Assembly: GCA_038118245.1 (NCBI GenBank) | Contig: JAYOHN010000001.1 | Span: 14,122-78,121, forward strand | DNA: 64,000 bases | DNA from: Poseidonia sp. | GTDB taxonomy: Archaea; Thermoplasmatota; Poseidoniia; Poseidoniales; Poseidoniaceae | Reading direction: 5' to 3' | In this document: positions 45,408 to 54,998 of the stretch, one piece after another | Layout of the letters: each line of letters starts with the position of its first letter | How positions within the stretch are numbered: position 1 is the first letter of the stretch | The notes under the pieces: model-generated | Told to the model about the DNA's origin: nothing | Seen by the model: only the letters and a program-made list of their open reading frames with translations | The model's database searches: none | Translations under genes and position numbers: made by a program

Positions 45408-46379
45408 ATGCGCCAGTTCGTGGTTGCCATCGTCTTGACGCTCGTGCTCGCTTGCTTCCCGGCATCGACATCGGGGTTGCCCGCAGCGCCCGTGGACAAC
45501 GGGATGCTGTTTGGCGGCCAATGGTCGCCCGCAGGAAACGCCACGGCGTCGGTCACGCACAACTTGAGCGACATGCCTGCTGTGGTCGAGGTTTTCACCG
45601 CCACTTGGTGCGAAAATTGCGTTGATGTAGAACACGCACTTGACGATGTTCAGGCCGAGGGTTGGCTTCAGCAGTACCACATCCATCGAGCCATCGGGGA
45701 GACACAGGACCCGTTCGGTACAGAAGCGTTGGACTTGCGATGGCGGGAAAAGTACCAACCCAGCTCGCCACCTTCCGTGGTGTTCAACGGGACCATGAAG
45801 AAAATCGGCTCGGTGGCCGATGACGGAACGCTCGTAAACGAGTTCACGAACCTCGCAAAGGCCGACCTCGGCCTCGGGCAAGGGTCCTCAACCTTTGCTT
45901 GGACGCCCGTTGACGCCGCCTCAGGGACGGTGTCTTGGCTGCTTGATTTGGACGACCAACACTTGGAGAACGCCACGTTGAACGTCTCGGTGTTCGTTGT
46001 GGAAAGTGCGGCTGACTTTGAGGAAGGCAGCAACGGACTGGGGACCTACCCTCACATCGTTCGCAACATCCAGGTCGTCGGTCATGACCGACAAGGCACG
46101 GCGAGCGTCACGCTTCCCGAGGCGTTTGACGGGAACGATTTGGAAGTGCATCTGCTCTATGAAATCGTACCCGAAGCACCCGAACCGGTGATCGAAGATA
46201 CGGCAGAAGATTGCTCAGAAGAGGACGGCTCTGATTGCGATTCCGAAGATGCTCCTGCCTTGTCCGCTGTTTTCACGCTGCTCGCTGCCATGGCAGCCGT
46301 GGCGGTCACTCCAAGAAAATCCAATTCTGACCGTCGGCACCGTCGTTTGACCGATGGCGCTGGCGCGGTTGATCGGTGA
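45408..46379 (+). CDS. Secreted thioredoxin-fold (Omp28-like) protein with Ig-like domain and C-terminal membrane anchor
   Basis: Signal peptide, VVEVFTATWCENC, PPSVVFNG, YPHIVR, acidic linker, then PAL-hydrophobic helix-RK tail (PGF-CTERM-like). Confidence 0.75.
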   Translation: MRQFVVAIVLTLVLACFPASTSGLPAAPVDNGMLFGGQWSPAGNATASVTHNLSDMPAVVEVFTATWCENCVDVEHALDDVQAEGWLQQYHIHRAIGETQDPFGTEALDLRWREKYQPSSPPSVVFNGTMKKIGSVADDGTLVNEFTNLAKADLGLGQGSSTFAWTPVDAASGTVSWLLDLDDQHLENATLNVSVFVVESAADFEEGSNGLGTYPHIVRNIQVVGHDRQGTASVTLPEAFDGNDLEVHLLYEIVPEAPEPVIEDTAEDCSEEDGSDCDSEDAPALSAVFTLLAAMAAVAVTPRKSNSDRRHRRLTDGAGAVDR

Positions 46380-48696
46380 GGTCAATTTCCAATTCCCAGC
46401 GAAGATGACCGACTTCATGGGGCGCAGCGCCCACATCGCAGTAATTCCACCACCGAGGGGGTGCACCTCGAACACCTTGTCGCTCCTGGGCGTCCCTGAG
46501 CACGTCCGTGAGTTCGAGACGAGCGTGAGGGCGTGGATGGTCACGGCGAACGTAAGCGATTCGGTTGTCGGCTTCTGCGTGGCGAACGTACCCCAATATC
46601 CGGGCCATTCGGCTCACGGAGGTTCGCTCCAAACCGTTTCGGAGGGTCACGGCCAGGTTGGCGTGTTCAAATGTCAACGGGTCGCCGTCCCGCCGTGGCA
46701 TCCGAAGTTCGCTGCCAAGCGGTTGAAGGCTCATGACCTCCCAAACGCGTGCAAACACCTCGCACCATCGACGCTCACCGTCCCGAATATCGCCTTCATC
46801 GTGGACATCGTCAGACCGACGGTGGTTCCAAAACCGATGATGCCGGTTCAACATGCGCTGCAAGCCCCGTCCAAACGGCCCGCCCCTGCCCTCGCCACGG
46901 TAGGGCGCCATCGGCCCACCGGGCCGAACGGTGGTCCGCCATTCGGCCACGACCTCCTCGTATGGGAACGCAAGCGTGGCCTCGAACCGCTCCCCAAATG
47001 CCCGAACCCAGCGCTGTGCCGTACGTTCACGAAGTCGGCGGCGGCGCTCTCGACGGTGATGGTGGAAGATACGCATGGCCGCCATCCCTTCCGAGTTCGC
47101 CTCATCGTCTTCGTCCACCTCATCAGCAAACCTGGGGCGCCACGGCATGAACCATGCATCGCTGGCATACGGGCCCTTGCGCAACGTTCCGAGAGCACCT
47201 TGGTCAAGCTGGTCCAACCAATCACCGGGAATGTTGTTGGCTGGAAATCCGAACGGTGGGTTGTGCATCACCACCTCGGACAAACTCTGAATCTCGCGGG
47301 TGGCCTTCACGTCGTTGGCCATGGACAACAAAACCGAGGCCATCGTGTCACCGAGAGGAAGCCGGGTGTTGTGACGCCCGCTGTGAATGCAAATCGATCG
47401 CCGAGCATGGCGGTCAAGACCGAACAAATGGTCAATCTTGTACGGTGCACCGTGCTGACCGTTTCCGACACAGACCTCGTAGGCGTGTCCCAACTCCCCG
47501 AAGACAAGCGCCGTTGAACGCTCGATGAAAATACGGTCTGGAAGCCCGTTCATGATTTGATGGCAGAACTCCAACGATTTCACCAACGGAGCGCTTGGCT
47601 CGGAGGTGGCCGTGTACGGCACCGTCCAGTTGTGTTGCAAACCCAGCAACAATTTGCCTGCCTCCGAGTTCAAGGGTGAATGGGCCAGGGAAATCGCCAA
47701 CGCCCACGCCTCAGGACGGTCGGGCACGTTCACCAATCGCAGGCTGCCAACCTTGGTCCGAACCCGAAGCATCAACCGCTTTCCAAGCGTGCGAAAGGCC
47801 CAGTTCTTTGTTCGGGGGTGTCGGTTGGTGGGTTCCAACATTCGCCACGAACGCATCCAAGGCGTGTCGTAGCGTTCAAACAACCCCGGCGGATGGTTGG
47901 CAAGGGCGTTTTGGAACGTTGCGTGCAAATCCGTGTTTTGTTGATGAAGCAGGCGCTGCTTGACATCGTGCGCCCATGCCATCATCGGAACGGTCTCTCT
48001 GGACGGTGTTTCGTGGGGGCGGTCCAAGTGAAGTCGGTTGATCAGCCAGACGAGCATGCTCGCCAGCGGCCGATAATGGGCTCGAATCTGTTGCCCGTTG
48101 AGACGCCGAGGGCGTCGAAGTTCGCCCTCTCCGAAGAGGTCGTTGACGTTGGGCGTGCATGAGGAAAGGCCCAGGATGATGGCTGCAAGGTCCCAACCGC
48201 GACGCGCCTTTTCGTCGGCGAGCAACGGGAAGAGAATCTCCAAACTCAACGAAGGCAGCCGAACATCATCCATGAACCAACAGTCCCGCAAATAGCGAAG
48301 CGTTGTCCCGTCATGGAACTGAAAACCGTTCTGAAGCCATCGATTTTCCTCTCCCGTCAAGTGTCGACCGGTGCGAATGCCTTCGGCGAGGTGTTCAAGC
48401 GCCAATGGGGTGCACGGCAAGTTGGCGATCGGATCAACGCCGTCGTCCAGACGCGCCCAGCGGACAAGAGATTGATCGTTCTGCGAGAAAAGCAATCGAT
48501 TCCAGCGTTGGCGAGACGGCAGACTCGGGCCACCAAACTGAGCGATGGCGTGCTCGTGTTCGTGGGGTGAGAGGAAGACATCCCATCCTTTGTTGGGCTG
48601 AAAATCAACGATGGTTCGGCACCATTCGCAAACGGTCACGCTTTCTTCGGAGGCGGGGTTATGGACGCACGGAAGGTCAGAAACACTTGTCGTCAT
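46306..48696 (-). CDS. Large hypothetical protein (about 796 aa)
   Basis: Long ORF co-oriented with and 22 nt downstream of ltaE. N-terminal C-x-H...CxxC. No family confidently recognised. Confidence 0.7.
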   Translation of the reverse strand: MTTSVSDLPCVHNPASEESVTVCEWCRTIVDFQPNKGWDVFLSPHEHEHAIAQFGGPSLPSRQRWNRLLFSQNDQSLVRWARLDDGVDPIANLPCTPLALEHLAEGIRTGRHLTGEENRWLQNGFQFHDGTTLRYLRDCWFMDDVRLPSLSLEILFPLLADEKARRGWDLAAIILGLSSCTPNVNDLFGEGELRRPRRLNGQQIRAHYRPLASMLVWLINRLHLDRPHETPSRETVPMMAWAHDVKQRLLHQQNTDLHATFQNALANHPPGLFERYDTPWMRSWRMLEPTNRHPRTKNWAFRTLGKRLMLRVRTKVGSLRLVNVPDRPEAWALAISLAHSPLNSEAGKLLLGLQHNWTVPYTATSEPSAPLVKSLEFCHQIMNGLPDRIFIERSTALVFGELGHAYEVCVGNGQHGAPYKIDHLFGLDRHARRSICIHSGRHNTRLPLGDTMASVLLSMANDVKATREIQSLSEVVMHNPPFGFPANNIPGDWLDQLDQGALGTLRKGPYASDAWFMPWRPRFADEVDEDDEANSEGMAAMRIFHHHRRERRRRLRERTAQRWVRAFGERFEATLAFPYEEVVAEWRTTVRPGGPMAPYRGEGRGGPFGRGLQRMLNRHHRFWNHRRSDDVHDEGDIRDGERRWCEVFARVWEVMSLQPLGSELRMPRRDGDPLTFEHANLAVTLRNGLERTSVSRMARILGYVRHAEADNRIAYVRRDHPRPHARLELTDVLRDAQERQGVRGAPPRWWNYCDVGAAPHEVGHLRWELEIDLTDQPRQRHRSNDGADGQNWIFLE

Positions 48697-48718
48697 GGAT
48701 GATTTACCGCTCAACGCT

Positions 48719-49777
48719 TTATGAACTCTCAACGCCCCACAAGGTTTCGCACACGTTGAACAGTTTGGCCACGTCCTCGTCCGTGATGTGAAGATGGACA
48801 ACGAACCTCACCCGGTGGGCGGCCGTGTCGAGAACATCGATGCCGTTCGACGCCAACAGGCCCACGACTTCCGATGCGGGAGATGCGCAATCTGCGTAGA
48901 CCATGTTGGTTTGAACGGTGGCCAGGTCAACGGTGAACATCGGCAATCGGTTCAACCCTTCTGCGATGACCCGAGCGCGCTCGTGGTCCTCGGCCAACCG
49001 AACGACGTGGTGGTCAAGAGCGTGGTCGCACGCCGCAGCCAGAAGGCCAGCTTGCCGCCAACCGCCTCCAAACAATTTGCGCCAACGATGGGCGCGTTGA
49101 ACAAAGGCTCGGCTACCGACGAGCACGGAGCCGACGGGGGCGCCGAGCCCTTTGGAAAAACAAATCGAGACGGAATCGTAACCTTCACACATGCGTGCAA
49201 CATCCACGCCCGTCGTTTCTGCGGCGTTGAATATGCGGGCTCCATCAAGATGCGTCGCACACTCAAGTTCCTTCGCGACGGCGGCGATTTCATCCAACGT
49301 CTTGAGATCGTAACACGTCCCTCCTCCGAGATTGGAGGTGTTCTCAACGCAAACGAGGCTGCCGTTGGGGTAGTGGCTGCCCGAACCTTCGGCCTTTCTG
49401 ACGGCGCTTCGGACCTGATCGGGAGACATCAACCCCTTTTCCCCATCGACGAGGGCCACCGATGCACCGCACAACGCAGCGTAACCTCCGCCTTCGTAGC
49501 GGTAGATATGGGCGGTTTTATCGCACACAATTTCGTCACCCGGCGATGTGTGGGTGCGAAGGGCGATGGCGTTCGCCATGGTGCCGGAGGCCACAAACAG
49601 CCCCGCTTCTTTCCCAAACATCGACGCGACTCGGTCTTGAAGGGCGATGACCGTTGCGTCGTCCCCCAAAACATCGTCCCCAACCGGGGCCCACGCCATC
49701 TTCTCACGCATGGCAGAGGTTGGTTGCGTGACCGTGTCAGAACGGAAATCGATCCGGGTGGATGGGTGCTCGCGCAT
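48719..49777 (-). CDS. ltaE: Low-specificity L-threonine aldolase
   Basis: [59 protein letters not shown]. Confidence 0.95.
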   Translation of the reverse strand: MREHPSTRIDFRSDTVTQPTSAMREKMAWAPVGDDVLGDDATVIALQDRVASMFGKEAGLFVASGTMANAIALRTHTSPGDEIVCDKTAHIYRYEGGGYAALCGASVALVDGEKGLMSPDQVRSAVRKAEGSGSHYPNGSLVCVENTSNLGGGTCYDLKTLDEIAAVAKELECATHLDGARIFNAAETTGVDVARMCEGYDSVSICFSKGLGAPVGSVLVGSRAFVQRAHRWRKLFGGGWRQAGLLAAACDHALDHHVVRLAEDHERARVIAEGLNRLPMFTVDLATVQTNMVYADCASPASEVVGLLASNGIDVLDTAAHRVRFVVHLHITDEDVAKLFNVCETLWGVESS

Positions 49778-49813
49778 GCGGAAGCCTCGTGACTCCCCTT
49801 CATGAAGGCCGTG

Positions 49814-50230
49814 TCAGAGCAGTTTCAAATCTCCGGTGATGGTGTCCAACACCGACGCCTCGTAAGGCCCAAGCGCCATGACCGTCTTTGAACCCCGAGG
49901 GATTTGGGTATGGCCCGCATCCTGAACGAGGTGGACGGGGACGCCTATGGAAGAAGCGGCTTCGCCCAATGCATCGAAATGCGTTTCGTCGGGAACCTTC
50001 ACGCAGATCTTCTTCTGGCCGCCCGCCAGCCATGCCTCCACGTGGGCGGGATGGCTCGCTCCTGCTCGGAGAAAGGCTTCGACTGAAGCATGGCCCACCT
50101 GAGCGGCCACCTTCCCCTTTCCCATTTTGAGCGATTGATTCACGACGCAAACGAGTTTGACCGAGCCATCAACCGGACCGAAGGATGGTTTAGGGGCCGT
50201 GATGCGATGCAGAAACGAACGGAGACCCAT
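49814..50230 (-). CDS. pth2: Peptidyl-tRNA hydrolase Pth2, paralogue 1
   Basis: LKMGKGKVAAQVGHA, W..GGQKKI, QDAGHTQIPRGSKTVMALGP, ITGDLKLL. Confidence 0.93.
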   Translation of the reverse strand: MGLRSFLHRITAPKPSFGPVDGSVKLVCVVNQSLKMGKGKVAAQVGHASVEAFLRAGASHPAHVEAWLAGGQKKICVKVPDETHFDALGEAASSIGVPVHLVQDAGHTQIPRGSKTVMALGPYEASVLDTITGDLKLL

Positions 50231-50236
50231 GCAGCA

Positions 50237-50584
50237 TCACAACGCGTCCAAATGGGACAAAAGAGCGTCCAAAGTTCGTCGGGGACCAAGCAAGCCCAGC
50301 ACCGTCACCGTGCCGGCGGGGACTTCCGTGTGTCCAGCGTCCCGAACCACCGAGGCATAGCAGCTTTGCGGAACGTGTGCAGCCAGTGCATGAAGGGCCG
50401 CTTCGTCCTCAACCCCCAAGACGATTTTTCGTGCACCGCCGGCTCGCCAACGCTCCAATAGACGAGAACGCTTGGCTCTCGCAACCACTTCAACGGCGGC
50501 GTGAGCGCATTGTGAAGCGGTCTTTCCGATGCTCAATTCAAGGTCCAGCCGAACGATCAACGCCATGCTGGGCGCATCACCCAT
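50237..50584 (-). CDS. pth2: Peptidyl-tRNA hydrolase Pth2, paralogue 2 (divergent)
   Basis: VRLDLELSIGKTASQCAHA, W..GGARKI, RDAGHTEVPAGTVTVLGLLG. Confidence 0.85.
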   Translation of the reverse strand: MGDAPSMALIVRLDLELSIGKTASQCAHAAVEVVARAKRSRLLERWRAGGARKIVLGVEDEAALHALAAHVPQSCYASVVRDAGHTEVPAGTVTVLGLLGPRRTLDALLSHLDAL

Positions 50585-51236
50585 GGACGACATGAACATC
50601 ACCCACGTGTTGAACATCGTCTTCTGCGACCGTCAAATCACCGAGGAAGTTGTGCAGCGAAGGGCCGAACCATGCCGCGAAGGCGAGGTTTCCAATCGCA
50701 TGAACGGCGTCGTAGGGAAGCCCTTGAACGAAAAGGAGGCCAACCCCCATGGCAGAAGTCCCGCCATCGACCAGCGAAAGCGTGGTGATGAGGCCGAAGA
50801 GAAACGCGGAAGCCGCTGACACGGTGCACAGGCGTTTCATGTCAAGGGCGTTGCTTTCCGCTGCGAGGTAACGTGCGCCGAGAAGTGCAGCAGCACCCCA
50901 GCCGATGGCTTGGAACAACGTCCACCAGCCATCGCCAATGAGCATGTTTGACAACAGCGCCACGAGGACGGCGAAGGCAGCCCCGCGGCGAGCACCGAGG
51001 TGTGCGCCAACGAGAACGGCAGCCACCGTCACCGGTTGCACGTTGGGGAACGGTTGCATAACCACGCGAAGGGCAGCCATGGCGACGACCAACGTGGCGA
51101 GGCCGGCAGAGGCAAATCGGTGATGGCGCTGTCCAGAGAAGAGGAAAAAGAAGGCACTGGCCACCAGAATGGTGTTGAGAAGCGCATGCGCAAAGGGCGT
51201 GAGTTCCGGCCCGTGAACACCCACCGCTTGGAACAT
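50577..51236 (-). CDS. ECF transporter S-component, CbrT-like (cobalamin)
   Basis: AALRVVMQPFPNVQPVT, G..G, LSNMLIGDGWWTLFQAIGWG, GLPYDAVHAIGN. Start could be 51293. Confidence 0.8.
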   Translation of the reverse strand: MFQAVGVHGPELTPFAHALLNTILVASAFFFLFSGQRHHRFASAGLATLVVAMAALRVVMQPFPNVQPVTVAAVLVGAHLGARRGAAFAVLVALLSNMLIGDGWWTLFQAIGWGAAALLGARYLAAESNALDMKRLCTVSAASAFLFGLITTLSLVDGGTSAMGVGLLFVQGLPYDAVHAIGNLAFAAWFGPSLHNFLGDLTVAEDDVQHVGDVHVVHG

Positions 51237-51277
51237 GAACCACGCGAAAGGTCGGGCCTCCTTGAGCCTTGCCTCCC

Positions 51278-52924
51278 TTAAGCGAGCCGCCAAACCAAAA
51301 CAGCATCGCTTTGCATCGGCGCCTCATCGACCGCTAACGTGCCCCGATTGCCGTCCAACGTGTACTCCCAGCCTGAGGCTAACGTTCCGTTGATGGACGT
51401 CAGGTAGGTACCGATGGCGGTGTTATCCAACGTCACCGGGACCCCCATTTCTTCCGCAGCCCTTTGCGTGGCGCTGAGAACGGTTGCATGACCGACCAAG
51501 CCACCGACCACGAGGGTCTCGTCCGGCAGTTCAAAGACGACGACTTGCGTTCCCAACCATGCATCGGGCCACGCAGGGTCCCGCTCAGCGGTTTTTTCCG
51601 GTTCGGTTGAAGATGACCATTGCACGGTCCACGATGCCCCAAGGGCAGGAAGAAGGGCCACGGCGAGGATAAGGTACACCAACGACAAGGTCCGCCAAGC
51701 CCACCCAAGTTCACCTTTCGAAGCCATGAGGGCAACGCCGGCGAAGGCGAGGACAAGGGCGAGGGCGAAGACAAGGTGCTCCTCTTCCCCCTCTACGGGG
51801 GTCTGCGAAGGTTCAGCGGCGTCAAGGGCGACCAGCACCCCAGCATCGTTTCCAAGGTACAGGCGACCGTTGAAGGCAGCCGGAGCAGCGGTCCCGTACC
51901 CGTCGATGGAACTGTTCACGGGCACGCCACGAGCCAGCGCCCCGGTCTCGTTCATCAGCACCGTCAACCATCCCTGATTCGGAGCATTCACCGGGGCGTG
52001 GAACACCGTAGGAGATGCCCACGCCATTTCGCCGTTCACCCGACCGGGGAGCGATGAAACCGCTGTGCACTGAACATCGCACCGCACCGATGTGAGGCCG
52101 TTGCTGTCAGCAAACACCGCGCCTCCTGAATGGACGAGAGGGAGCGCAGGGGACGGACCCAAGAACGCCACGTTGCGTAGCGATTTGGCGGTGATGTTGT
52201 ATTCCATGAGCACCGATGCTTCAGGGGTTTGAGCGTGAAGCAGCATCAGATCGCCAAGCAGCACGGGTGCGTGACGCAACGAGCCGGGAAACGTGGCGAC
52301 CTGGTTGGCCGTTCCGTTTGGGCTCACCGACCACAGGCGACCCGACTCGTCGCCCACCCAAAACGCGCCGTCGCCAACCGAAACACCGTTTCTCCAGCCC
52401 AATCCAGTCTCGACATGGAAATCAACGGCCCCGTCCGCAAAACAATACCGGCCCATGCCCGACCGTGTGGGGACCACCACATGGTCGCCGTCTGAAGCAG
52501 CAGCGCCCGTGATGCCCCAAACATCAACCTCGGTGGCCACCGACCAAAGAACACGGCCCGACGAGCGCTCACGAGCCTCAAACGTGCCGTCAGTCCATCC
52601 GACGAGCACAAGATCAGGCCACGTTCCGCAACCGCCTTCGCCCGCATCAACCAGCATGAGCGGCGCCATGTCGTGTTGGGTGGCGTTGGGATTGGCGTCC
52701 TTCCAGAGCACCTCACCGCCATGGCCCACGGCGAAGACTTCAGGGCGGTCATCGCCCGTCCAAAACCCCGATGTGCGGAGATACACGCGGTCCTCGTCGA
52801 CGGCGGGAGAGGTGGTGATGTACCCTGGACCAACATCGAGCGTCCACGCCGGTGCGGCTGCCTGAACGGTGGAGGCGGCGAGCAGGAGAAGAAGGGCCGT
52901 CAGGACCAACGAAGCGGTCCGCAT
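51278..52924 (-). CDS. Secreted PQQ-like beta-propeller, two TM helices and C-terminal DUF4430 (transcobalamin-like) domain
   Basis: Signal peptide. Blades TSPAVDEDRVY, GEVLW, GRVLW, APAAFNGRLYLGND. C-terminal TVLSAT...GTYLTSING...GWEYTLDG....AVD.......LVW. Confidence 0.75.
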   Translation of the reverse strand: MRTASLVLTALLLLLAASTVQAAAPAWTLDVGPGYITTSPAVDEDRVYLRTSGFWTGDDRPEVFAVGHGGEVLWKDANPNATQHDMAPLMLVDAGEGGCGTWPDLVLVGWTDGTFEARERSSGRVLWSVATEVDVWGITGAAASDGDHVVVPTRSGMGRYCFADGAVDFHVETGLGWRNGVSVGDGAFWVGDESGRLWSVSPNGTANQVATFPGSLRHAPVLLGDLMLLHAQTPEASVLMEYNITAKSLRNVAFLGPSPALPLVHSGGAVFADSNGLTSVRCDVQCTAVSSLPGRVNGEMAWASPTVFHAPVNAPNQGWLTVLMNETGALARGVPVNSSIDGYGTAAPAAFNGRLYLGNDAGVLVALDAAEPSQTPVEGEEEHLVFALALVLAFAGVALMASKGELGWAWRTLSLVYLILAVALLPALGASWTVQWSSSTEPEKTAERDPAWPDAWLGTQVVVFELPDETLVVGGLVGHATVLSATQRAAEEMGVPVTLDNTAIGTYLTSINGTLASGWEYTLDGNRGTLAVDEAPMQSDAVLVWRLA

Positions 52925-52931
52925 CACCTGC

Positions 52932-54950
52932 TCACTCCATCGCCGATTGAATGGCGGCCCTGAGCAGAGCGCTGACCTCTTTCCCATCGGCGCCGCCGGC
53001 GGCCTGCATTACCACACCCATAAGCGGCCCCATGGCGCCCATGCCCCGCTCTTTGACGAAGTCGAGGCGCTCGGCGACGATGGCGTTGATGACATCGGCC
53101 AAACCACCGATATCGGCGGGTGCCAGATCGTTCGCTTCGCAAAATGAGACCAGGGTCTCGTAGGAAGCAGAAAGGCCCGAATGGGAGGCGACAACATGGT
53201 CCATGTGGTCTCGGGCCAGCCGTCCGTCCTCCTTGAGGCGCAAGACGTTGGCCAACAGAGCGGCGGGTTCTGAATCGTGCGTCAACAAGAGTGCGGCCCA
53301 AGCTTTGGCGGGCAGGGAGCCGGCGTGCTCGCAAAAGGTGTCGTCCAGTTCACGAGCGAGCAGCTGTTCCGCTTGGTCTGCTGAGATGGAAAACGAGGAG
53401 AGTCGGTCGGCTCGTTCGTCGTCCGACATCGGCAACGTGTCGAGGATACGCTGCCAGTCCGTTTGATGGAGCGCCTGAGGCGGTACATCGGTTTCGGGGT
53501 ACATCCGGGACCGCCCCGGCAACGGACGCATCGGCGAGGTCGTGCCGTCCTCGGGAGCCCCTTTCTTGACCACCACGTTACGAACTTCTTGTGGAATTCG
53601 GTGCCATGCAAGGCGGGCGCGAGCCAAGACGGCCTCGAGGGCCAAGTGTGCCTGCCAGGCGGGTGCACAACACAAGACAAACGCATCGTCGGATTGCAGA
53701 GAAAGGCTTGAGCGAACCTGGTTGACCTCCTCTGCTCCGATTCCATAAGCCGGCAATTCATCCGCATGGAAAATGCCCTTGACCCCAGCAAGTTTTGCTG
53801 CACCGGCCAATTCTCTGCCGAGCCGGGGCAATTGCGCCCCGTCTTCGTCAAGGGTCTTGGTCCCGAGTTTGCCCAACAGGCCAGGAAGTGGCAGGGCCAT
53901 CATCACGGCACCGTGAGCGATGGCTTCCTTCACCATGGCCGATTCCGTGGTCTTGAACGTCGCCGTCACCTCGTGGAGGTCCATCGGCAAACGCTCGCCC
54001 ACGAGCTCGGCCACTTGGATTTCGACGGACTCGTCATCGTCATCTCGGTTGGGCGGAAGCGGGGGCAGGGAAAGAGCGGCTCGCAGGTCGTTAGCGAGGC
54101 GATAGAAGTGAAGTTGGCGCGCCATTTCCAAACGAACGATTCGGGGGATCCAGCCAAGGTCCTGACATCCCTTGATCTCAACGCGGTCGCCCGCAGCAAT
54201 GGAGACGTTGAGGTCTTGGCGAATGCTGCCCAGACCGCGGCGAACGCGGCGTGTCTGGCGGAGCACGCGCCCCAGTGCCTTGGCCGTGGTTTTCGCATGG
54301 TCGGGAGAGACGATATCAGGAGAGGTGGCAATTTCGATGAGCGGTAGGCCCAGGCGGTCCAGGTTGTACAGCACCTGTTGACCGTTGGGGAGGTCGACCG
54401 TGTCGAGCTTTCGGGCGCTGTCTTCCTCGAGGCACACCACATCCACACCCACATTCCCTTCCTCGGTGGCCAAGACCCCGTTGGTGGCGACCAGGGAGGT
54501 GCGCTGAAAGCCGCTGGTGTTTGACCCGTCCACGACGGTTTTTCGCATGGTTTGAATCATCCCGACCGGTTGAGCGTTCAGGAGCGCTGAGACGGTCAAA
54601 GTGATGTTAACGGCGTCCTCGTCAAGCGCGACCGGAGGCGCCTCGTCCAGTTCAATGAGGCCTGCGTTGGGGGACTGGGCGTAGACAAATCGGCGGTTCC
54701 GCTTGGATTCAAACCTTGCAGCAACATCGATCGCCCCGCCCTCTCCTCGTGAAGCCCGCAAGCGTCGCTCAAACCGAGGCCAGTCGTCAGGGAGGGTGTC
54801 GACGGTGATGTCGTACAGTTCCCCGCTTTGGCGGGAATGGAGTTTTCCGGTGGCGAGTTGTTGGTGGACCTCAATCCCGCACATGAACCCCAATTCCTTG
54901 GGGTCAAGGCTCTCAGGACGCTGAACATCGCCTTTGGGTTCATCGGCCAT
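52932..54950 (-). CDS. gatE: Glu-tRNA(Gln) amidotransferase subunit E
   Basis: CGIEVHQQL, MRKTVVDGSNTSGFQRT, CLEEDSAR, LDRLGLPLIEIAT, RGLGSIRQDLNVSI, RPLPGRSRMYPETD. Confidence 0.96.
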   Translation of the reverse strand: MADEPKGDVQRPESLDPKELGFMCGIEVHQQLATGKLHSRQSGELYDITVDTLPDDWPRFERRLRASRGEGGAIDVAARFESKRNRRFVYAQSPNAGLIELDEAPPVALDEDAVNITLTVSALLNAQPVGMIQTMRKTVVDGSNTSGFQRTSLVATNGVLATEEGNVGVDVVCLEEDSARKLDTVDLPNGQQVLYNLDRLGLPLIEIATSPDIVSPDHAKTTAKALGRVLRQTRRVRRGLGSIRQDLNVSIAAGDRVEIKGCQDLGWIPRIVRLEMARQLHFYRLANDLRAALSLPPLPPNRDDDDESVEIQVAELVGERLPMDLHEVTATFKTTESAMVKEAIAHGAVMMALPLPGLLGKLGTKTLDEDGAQLPRLGRELAGAAKLAGVKGIFHADELPAYGIGAEEVNQVRSSLSLQSDDAFVLCCAPAWQAHLALEAVLARARLAWHRIPQEVRNVVVKKGAPEDGTTSPMRPLPGRSRMYPETDVPPQALHQTDWQRILDTLPMSDDERADRLSSFSISADQAEQLLARELDDTFCEHAGSLPAKAWAALLLTHDSEPAALLANVLRLKEDGRLARDHMDHVVASHSGLSASYETLVSFCEANDLAPADIGGLADVINAIVAERLDFVKERGMGAMGPLMGVVMQAAGGADGKEVSALLRAAIQSAME

Positions 54951-54998
54951 GGGACGGGGACGGGCTCACCCTTCATGAGCACCTCGCTTGGTTGAAGG

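Noticed and set aside
52925..52990. Cobalamin riboswitch ahead of the B12 uptake genes
   Set aside because: Only 7 nt separate gatE from the propeller gene, leaving no room, and no B12-box was recognised.
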